Source: an uncultured Gemmatimonadales bacterium
GTDB taxonomy: Bacteria; Gemmatimonadota; Gemmatimonadetes; Longimicrobiales; RSA9
Direction of reading: 5' to 3'
Length of the DNA: 64,000 bases
NCBI GenBank assembly: GCA_963708135.1
Contig: OY970192.1
Span: 384,001-448,000 of the forward strand
Shown: positions 55,618 to 64,000 of the stretch, one piece after another
Numbering within the stretch: the first letter of the stretch is position 1
Layout of the letters: each line of letters starts with the position of its first letter
The notes under the pieces: generated by a model
Databases searched by the model: none
Seen by the model: only the letters and a program-made list of their open reading frames with translations
Told to the model about the DNA's origin: nothing
Translations under genes and position numbers: made by a program

Positions 55618-55671
55618 AAGCGGGTGGGGGCCGCCCGGCCGGAATTCCGGCCGGGCGGCCCCCACCCGCTT
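55618..55671. repeat. Perfect 54-bp palindrome between convergent genes
   Basis: AAGCGGGTGGGGGCCGCCCGGCCGGAA|TTCCGGCCGGGCGGCCCCCACCCGCTT, no loop or mismatch. Confidence 0.95.
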
Positions 55672-55764
55672 ATGCCTCCGATCTTCCCGGGCGGCCCGCA
55701 CCCGCATTGCTCCCGTCGTGACCCTACCCCCACCCGCTCACCCGCACCCGCGGTCGGCGCAGCT

Positions 55765-56619
55765 TCAGGCGCCGGGGCCGTTCGGTGCGTTCGGCGTCGG
55801 CGGCGCGGGGGGCGCGCCGGGCCCGCGCGGGGCGCCCCGGCCGTCCATCCCGGCGCCGTGGCTGCCGCGGCCGCCGCGCATCCCGGCACCGTGGCCGTCT
55901 CCGCCGCGCATCCCGGGCCCGGGGCCGCGCATCCCGGCACCATGGCCGTCTCCGCCGCGCATCCAGCCGGCCTCGCCGCGCATGCCGCGGCCGTTGCGCA
56001 TCTGCTCCTGCATGATGAGGCGCAGGTGGTCCTGCTGGGCGGGCGTGAGGACGCCGCTGATGTCGCTCATCTCGGAGAGGCGGGCGGCCCGGAGCTTCTG
56101 CACGAGGGGCAGCATCTCGTCGCGCTGCTTCTGCATCTCCTCGCGCAGGGCGGTGCCCTGCTGCTCCATCTTCTGCCGGAGCTGCTGCCTCTCTTCCGGC
56201 GTCAGGTCCTCCGGCGATTTGCCGCCGAGCAGGTCCTGCCGCTGCTTCTGCATCCGCTCCTGCATCTGCTGATGCTCCTGCTGGAGCTTCTGGAGCAGGT
56301 CCTGGTTCTGGGACTTGAAGCGCGACTGGATCGCCTGGAGCCGGGATGCCTGGGCGTCGGTGAGGCCGAGCCGGTTCTTCATGTCCAGCAGGTGCTGGAT
56401 CGGCTCGTCCTGCAGCATGGCCCCGCGCATCCCCATCGCGCCGGGACCCATGCCGGGACCCATCCCGCCGGTGCCGTGGCCCATCATCCCCGGCCCCATG
56501 CGGGGCATCGGGTGGCCGGCGGGCGGATGGCCCGGCTGCGGGTTCGGATTCTGTGCCGCGAGCGGCAGCGGCGCCGCCACGAGCAGAGCGGCCAGCAGGC
56601 CTCTGAGCGTCGAATGCAT
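55765..56619 (-). CDS. Spy/CpxP-like (LTxxQ) periplasmic protein with Met/Gly/His-rich termini
   Basis: GGAGGAG RBS; signal peptide; LGLTDAQ, LTPEER, VLTPAQQ; Q/M-rich coiled coil. Confidence 0.8.
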   Translation of the reverse strand: MHSTLRGLLAALLVAAPLPLAAQNPNPQPGHPPAGHPMPRMGPGMMGHGTGGMGPGMGPGAMGMRGAMLQDEPIQHLLDMKNRLGLTDAQASRLQAIQSRFKSQNQDLLQKLQQEHQQMQERMQKQRQDLLGGKSPEDLTPEERQQLRQKMEQQGTALREEMQKQRDEMLPLVQKLRAARLSEMSDISGVLTPAQQDHLRLIMQEQMRNGRGMRGEAGWMRGGDGHGAGMRGPGPGMRGGDGHGAGMRGGRGSHGAGMDGRGAPRGPGAPPAPPTPNAPNGPGA

Positions 56620-56823
56620 CGTCTCCTCCGTCCGGGCCGCGTCCGTGGCTCCGTCGATCGGTCGATCGGGTTCGCGCGGCCTCACTCCTAGAGACCCGCG
56701 GCGGCCGGCGAACGTTAAATCGGCGCAGACGGCGCGGGGGGCGCGGCCGGTTGCCGCCCGGGCGGGCCGGCACTATCCTTGGGGCGACGGCGGCCCACCT
56801 CCTCTTCGCGGTGAAATCCCCGG

Positions 56824-59463
56824 ATGGCCAGGAAGGACGACACTCCGCTGATGCAGCAGTGGCGGGAGGCGAAGAACCGCCACCCGGACGCGCTCATCTT
56901 CTTCCGTGTCGGTGACTTCTACGAGATGTTCAATCAGGACGCGGAGGAGGGCGCGAAGCTGCTCGGCCTCACGCTGACCTCGCGCAACAACGGCGGGGCC
57001 GCGGGCGTGCCGCTCGCGGGCGTGCCCGTGCGCGCGCGCGACGAGTACCTGGAGAAGCTCGTCCGCATGGGGCGCCGGGTCGCCATCTGCGAGCAGATGG
57101 AGGAGGCGTCGGAGGCGAAGGGGATCGTGCGGCGGGACGTGGTGGAGACGGTCACGCCGGGCGCCGTGCTGGCCGACTCGCTGCTCGACGCCGGGCGCAA
57201 CAACTTCCTGGTGGCGCTGGCGGGCGAGGCGGACGGCGCGCTCGGGCTCGCGGGCGTGGACATCTCGACCGGCGAGGTGGTGGCGGCGGCCACCTCGCCG
57301 GAATGGCTGGAGTCGGACCTCGCGCGCTTCGAGCCGGCGGAGCTGCTGCTGCCGCAGGCGTGGGAAGGCCAGGCGACGGAGGTCGGCGCGGGGATCCCGC
57401 GCACCTACCGCCCCGACTGGATCTTCGACCGGGAGTGGGCGGCGGAGGAGCTCGCCCGCCGCTACGGCGTCCATTCCGTCGAGGGCTTCGGCTTCCAGGC
57501 GGAGGACGGTCCGCTGGTGCGCGCGCTTGGCGCGCTCGTCGGCTACCTGGCGGAGGTCCAGCCGGCGGCGCTCGAGGCGCTGCGCCCGCCGCGGCTGGAG
57601 CGCGCCGGCCACGCCATGGTGCTGGACGAGATGACGCGCCGGAACCTCGAGCTCGTGGAGCCGCTGCGAGTGGAGGCCGGCGCACGCGGCGGCGGGCGCG
57701 CGGGCACGCTGCTCGAGGTGGTGGACGAGACGCTGACGGCCATGGGCGCGCGGCTGCTGCGGCGCTGGCTCCTTGCCCCGCTGCTGGTGCCCGAGGCGAT
57801 CTGGGCACGGCAGGAGGCGGTGGCGGCGCTCGTGTTCGGCGCGCCGCTTCGCCGCGCGCTACGCTCCGAGCTGCGCGAGATCCGCGACCTCGAGCGGCTG
57901 GCGGCCAAGGTGGGCGCCGGGCGGGTGGCGCCGCGCGAGCTGAGCGCGCTGGCGGCGTCGCTCGCGCGGCTGCCGTCGCTGCGCGAGACCGTGCTGGCCG
58001 AGGAGCCGGAGGGGCTGCTGCGCGAGCTCGTGGAGGAGCTCGACGTGCTGGCGGACGTGCGCGCCACGATCGACCGCGCGCTCGCGGACGAGCCGCCGGC
58101 CACTCTGGGCGAGGGAGGCGTGATCCGGGCCGGCTACGACGCGGAGCTCGACGGGCTGCGGGAGACGCGCGACGGGGCACGCGGGTTCATCGCATCCCTG
58201 CAGGCGCGGGAGCGGCAGCGCACGGGCATCGGCTCGCTCAAGGTCGGCTTCAACCAGGTGTTCGGCTATTATCTCGAGGTCACGCGCTCGAACCTGGAGC
58301 GCGTGCCGGACGACTACGAGCGCAAGCAGACACTGGCCAACGCGGAGCGCTACGTCACGACCGAGCTCAAGGAGTGGGAGTCGAAGGTGCTCGGGGCGGA
58401 GGAGCGGATCGCGGCGCTGGAGGTGCGCCTCTTCGGCGAGCTGCGGCGCGAGGTGGCGGCGGCGGTGGGGCGGCTGCAGGCGGCGGCGGAGGGGGTGGCC
58501 GCGCTGGACGTGCTTGCGGGGCTGGCGCAGCTGGCGGAACGGCGCGGCTACGTGCGCCCGGAGGTGCACGGCGGGTTCGCGCTGGAGGTGAGGGCGGGGC
58601 GGCACCCGGTGGTCGAGACGATGATGCCCCGCGAGGCGTTCATCCCGAACGACGTGGTGCTGGACGAGGACGCGCGCGTCATCATCCTGACCGGCCCGAA
58701 CATGGCCGGCAAGAGCACGCTGCTGCGGCAGGTCGGCCTCATCCAGCTGCTCGCGCAGGTCGGCTCGTTCGTGCCCGCCGCGGCGGCCCGGGTGCCGGTG
58801 TGCGACCGGATCTTCACGCGCGTCGGCGCGTCGGACAACCTCGTACGGGGGCAGTCCACGTTCATGGTCGAGATGAACGAGACGGCGGCCATCCTGCACG
58901 GCGCCACGGCGCGCTCGCTGGTGCTGCTGGACGAGATCGGGCGGGGCACGGCGACCTACGACGGCGTGAGCATCGCGTGGGCGGTGACGGAGCACCTGCA
59001 CCAGGCGCTCGGCGCCAAGACGATCTTCGCCACGCACTACCACGAGCTGACCCAGCTGGCGGACCAGCTGCCGGCGCTCGTCAACTTCAACGTGGCGGTC
59101 AGGGAAGCGGGACACGAGATCGTGTTCCTGCACCACCTGGAGGCGGGCGGCGCGAGCCGCTCCTACGGCATCGAGGTCGGCCGGCTGGCGGGGCTGCCGC
59201 CGGAGGTGGTCGCGCGGGCGCGCGAGATCCTGCTCGAGCTGGAGGGCGCGCACACCGGCGGCGGCGCGGGGCTCGGCCACCATGGCGCAGGCGCGCCTCC
59301 GGCGACGAAGGGCCAGCTCTCGCTCTTCGCGCCCGCCGAGCACCCGGTGGTCGAGCGGCTCCGGCGGGTGCGGGTCGAGTCGCTGACGCCGCTCCAGGCG
59401 CTGAACGTGCTCGCGGAGATGCAGGCCGCGGTGCGGGACCGCGAGGAAGGCGGCGGGCGATGA
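56824..59463 (+). CDS. mutS: DNA mismatch repair protein MutS
   Basis: TPLMQQW, FRVGDFYEMF, GRHPVVE, TGPNMAGKST, STFMVEM, DEIGRGT, ATHYHEL. Confidence 0.98.
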   Translation: MARKDDTPLMQQWREAKNRHPDALIFFRVGDFYEMFNQDAEEGAKLLGLTLTSRNNGGAAGVPLAGVPVRARDEYLEKLVRMGRRVAICEQMEEASEAKGIVRRDVVETVTPGAVLADSLLDAGRNNFLVALAGEADGALGLAGVDISTGEVVAAATSPEWLESDLARFEPAELLLPQAWEGQATEVGAGIPRTYRPDWIFDREWAAEELARRYGVHSVEGFGFQAEDGPLVRALGALVGYLAEVQPAALEALRPPRLERAGHAMVLDEMTRRNLELVEPLRVEAGARGGGRAGTLLEVVDETLTAMGARLLRRWLLAPLLVPEAIWARQEAVAALVFGAPLRRALRSELREIRDLERLAAKVGAGRVAPRELSALAASLARLPSLRETVLAEEPEGLLRELVEELDVLADVRATIDRALADEPPATLGEGGVIRAGYDAELDGLRETRDGARGFIASLQARERQRTGIGSLKVGFNQVFGYYLEVTRSNLERVPDDYERKQTLANAERYVTTELKEWESKVLGAEERIAALEVRLFGELRREVAAAVGRLQAAAEGVAALDVLAGLAQLAERRGYVRPEVHGGFALEVRAGRHPVVETMMPREAFIPNDVVLDEDARVIILTGPNMAGKSTLLRQVGLIQLLAQVGSFVPAAAARVPVCDRIFTRVGASDNLVRGQSTFMVEMNETAAILHGATARSLVLLDEIGRGTATYDGVSIAWAVTEHLHQALGAKTIFATHYHELTQLADQLPALVNFNVAVREAGHEIVFLHHLEAGGASRSYGIEVGRLAGLPPEVVARAREILLELEGAHTGGGAGLGHHGAGAPPATKGQLSLFAPAEHPVVERLRRVRVESLTPLQALNVLAEMQAAVRDREEGGGR

Positions 59464-59495
59464 GGCGGACGGCGAGGCGGCGGGAGGAGCGAGCA

Positions 59496-59972
59496 ATGGG
59501 CGTTCGGCGGCGGCGTCGCGTGAGCGGGCGCGCCTGCCGGCGCCGGCTTGCGGGGATGGCCGTGCTGGTGGCGGCGCTGGTGCTCCCCGCGGCGTGTGGT
59601 CCCGAGGCGCCGCTGGTGGACGCGCGCATGGTGGACGCGCCGTCGCCGTTCGGCTACCCGGTGTCGCTCTGGGACGAGGGCGCGTCCGGGGAGACGGTGC
59701 TGCTGGTGCACGTGACGGTGAGCGGGGAGGTGGACAGCGTGACGGTGGCGCAATCGAGCGGCCGGCTACCGTTCGACTCGGCCGCGCTGGCGGATGGCCG
59801 GAAGCTGCGCTTCATTCCCGCGCACCGGGGCGGCGACAGGGTCCCGACGTGGGTCCGCGTGCCGGTGCGCTTCTCACGCGACAGCGCGGCGGCCGCGCAG
59901 CCGGACAGCGCGGCCGAGCTGCCTCCGGACAGCGCCACGCCGGCGCCGCCCGACAGCGGCAGGACTTCGTGA
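59496..59972 (+). CDS. TonB C-terminal domain protein (lipoprotein-like)
   Basis: YP...GETVLLVHV...G.V....V..SSG...FDSAAL.....LRFIPA; PAAC lipobox-like; start 59496 has GGAGGAG, 59460 is an alternative. Confidence 0.8.
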   Translation: MGVRRRRRVSGRACRRRLAGMAVLVAALVLPAACGPEAPLVDARMVDAPSPFGYPVSLWDEGASGETVLLVHVTVSGEVDSVTVAQSSGRLPFDSAALADGRKLRFIPAHRGGDRVPTWVRVPVRFSRDSAAAAQPDSAAELPPDSATPAPPDSGRTS

Positions 59973-59988
59973 GCAGCGGAGGCTGGTG

Positions 59989-62516
<2,528 letters not shown>

Positions 62517-62518
<2 letters not shown>

Positions 62519-62560
62519 GGGCTCGGGGCTCGGGGCTCGGGGCTCGGGGCTCGAGCCCCG
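62517..62560. repeat. Heptamer CGGGGCT tandem repeat with short inverted copy
   Basis: GGGCT then CGGGGCT repeats followed by CGAGCCCCG immediately after the ddl stop. Confidence 0.85.
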
Positions 62561-62584
62561 CCAAAAGACAGTCAGGACGATTGA

Positions 62585-63415
62585 ATGGGATACGGCAGCT
62601 CCTTCACATTCGGCTACGGGCTCACGCCGTGGGTCAAGCGGCTCCTCATCGCGAACGCGGCCGTGTTCGTCATCACGTGGCTCGCGCCCGCCGTGGTGCC
62701 CTTCCTGGCGTTCACGCCCAGCCAGGTGCTGTTCCAGCCGTGGACGGCGCTCACCTACATGTTCGTGCACGCCGGCTTCTTCCACATCTTCTTCAACATG
62801 CTGGCCCTCTTCTTCTTCGGGCCGCCGCTGGAGCAGAAGTGGGGATCGTCGGAGTTCCTGAAGTACTACGTGATCTGCGGGCTGGGCGGCGCGCTGCTGT
62901 CCTTCGTGTTCGCCTTCAACGCCTCCGTGATCGGCGCCTCGGCGGCCGTGTACGGCGTGATGCTCGCCTTCGCGATGAACTGGCCGGACGCGCCGATCTA
63001 CATCTGGGGCATCTTCCCGATCAAGGCCAAGTGGCTGATCCTGATCTTCGTCGGGATCTCGCTCTTCAGCGCGTTCGGCGGCGGTGCGGGCGGCGGCGGT
63101 GGGATCGCGCACTTCGCCCACCTGGGTGGCTTCGCGGCCGGCTTCCTGTACCTGAAGCTCGACCGGCACCGCCCCGGCCCGCTCGCGCGGCTGCGGAAGC
63201 TCTTCACCCGTCCTCGCCTCACGGTGGTGCACGGCGAGCCACAGGTCCGGCCGCCCGTCAGGGAGATGCGCCGGCCGCGCTCGCAGGAAGAGGAGCGCAT
63301 GCTCGACGACGTGGACCGCGTCCTCGACAAGATCAGCCACGAGGGGATGGCCAGCCTCACGCCCGAGGAGCGCCGCCTCCTCGACGACGTCAGCCGCAGG
63401 TTCCGGCAGCACTGA
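62585..63415 (+). CDS. Rhomboid family intramembrane serine protease with C-terminal DUF6576-like tail
   Basis: YMFVH..HIFFNM, IGASAA (catalytic Ser), AHFAHLGG (catalytic His), VDRVLDKIS..G..SLT.EE. Confidence 0.93.
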   Translation: MGYGSSFTFGYGLTPWVKRLLIANAAVFVITWLAPAVVPFLAFTPSQVLFQPWTALTYMFVHAGFFHIFFNMLALFFFGPPLEQKWGSSEFLKYYVICGLGGALLSFVFAFNASVIGASAAVYGVMLAFAMNWPDAPIYIWGIFPIKAKWLILIFVGISLFSAFGGGAGGGGGIAHFAHLGGFAAGFLYLKLDRHRPGPLARLRKLFTRPRLTVVHGEPQVRPPVREMRRPRSQEEERMLDDVDRVLDKISHEGMASLTPEERRLLDDVSRRFRQH

Positions 63416-63442
63416 CGAGCGGCTGACATTCGTGCGTGCCGG

Positions 63443-64000
63443 TCAACGTGGCCGCGCCCGTGCCCCCGCCCGTTCGTTCCACGAAAAGACATCGCCCCAC
63501 GCGACGTGCCCGTACGCGCCCGTCCAGCGGGGAGCCGGCGTGCCCGCGGGACGGCCGAGCGCGGCCACCCGCCGGACCGCCGTGCCGCCGCCGGCCGGGA
63601 TGGTCCAGAGCGAGGCCTGGCCGAGCGTGTCCACCCGCACGAAGAGGAGGGTGCGGCCGTCGCCGGACCAGGCCGGCGCCTCCTCCCGCCCGCGCGGCGC
63701 GCGGGTGAGGCGCGCGGGCACTCCGCCCGCCGCCGGCGCCCGGAGGATCCGGCGCGCCTCGAGCCGGGAGGCGAGGTCCGCGGCCGGCGGCAGGGTGCTG
63801 TCGGCGGGCATGCCGGCCCAGGCGAGGACGTCGCCGGCGGGAGCCCAGGCCGGGTGCGTCGCCGCGCGACCGGGCGGCGTCAGCCGCCGCGCGCTGCCGC
63901 TCGCGGCATGGACCACCTCGAGCGTCTTGTCCCGCCACGTCTCCCGGCCGCGGCCGGCCACGACCGCCACCCGGTCGTCGGGCGTAGGTGCCGGGATGAC
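63443..64000 (-). CDS. TolB/PD40-type beta-propeller protein (5' end outside window)
   Basis: HPAWAPAG and APAWSGDG PD40-like repeats; frame open to the window edge. Confidence 0.65.
   Translation of the reverse strand, partial: VIPAPTPDDRVAVVAGRGRETWRDKTLEVVHAASGSARRLTPPGRAATHPAWAPAGDVLAWAGMPADSTLPPAADLASRLEARRILRAPAAGGVPARLTRAPRGREEAPAWSGDGRTLLFVRVDTLGQASLWTIPAGGGTAVRRVAALGRPAGTPAPRWTGAYGHVAWGDVFSWNERAGARARPR

Overview
Very GC-rich bacterial chromosomal segment. The gene content (SusC/SusD pair, duplicated ADOP-type ABC permease, BNR/VPS10 protein, ECF/ZAS anti-sigma/TonB-dependent receptor, orphan GvpL/F next to priA) suggests a Gemmatimonadota-like organism; this is inference, not a database result. 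Most of the window is housekeeping or envelope genes (priA, trpS, sucA, mutS, cystathionine beta-synthase, ddl, lemA, rhomboid). The first ~5 kb is an accessory island holding three 5'-truncated copies of the carB 3' end (MGS domain). The copies differ mainly at synonymous sites and are interleaved with visibly lower-GC cargo, which looks like repeated cassette accretion at a carB-tail hotspot with no integrase in view. Other notable signals: (1) an identical ECF-type promoter motif (TGTCACA-N16-CGTT) upstream of both the susCD pair and the ECF sigma gene; (2) adjacent Rieske-like and YciF-like genes that have both lost canonical metal ligands; (3) a GNAT-deacetylase fusion; (4) a divergent UDG-fold protein; (5) a ~630 bp inverted-repeat-bounded intergenic element with six 31-bp tandem units; (6) a perfect 54-bp palindrome; (7) dispersed heptamer and hexamer intergenic repeat families. 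No rRNA, tRNA, CRISPR array or transposase/integrase was recognised. All product calls come from reading motifs by eye.
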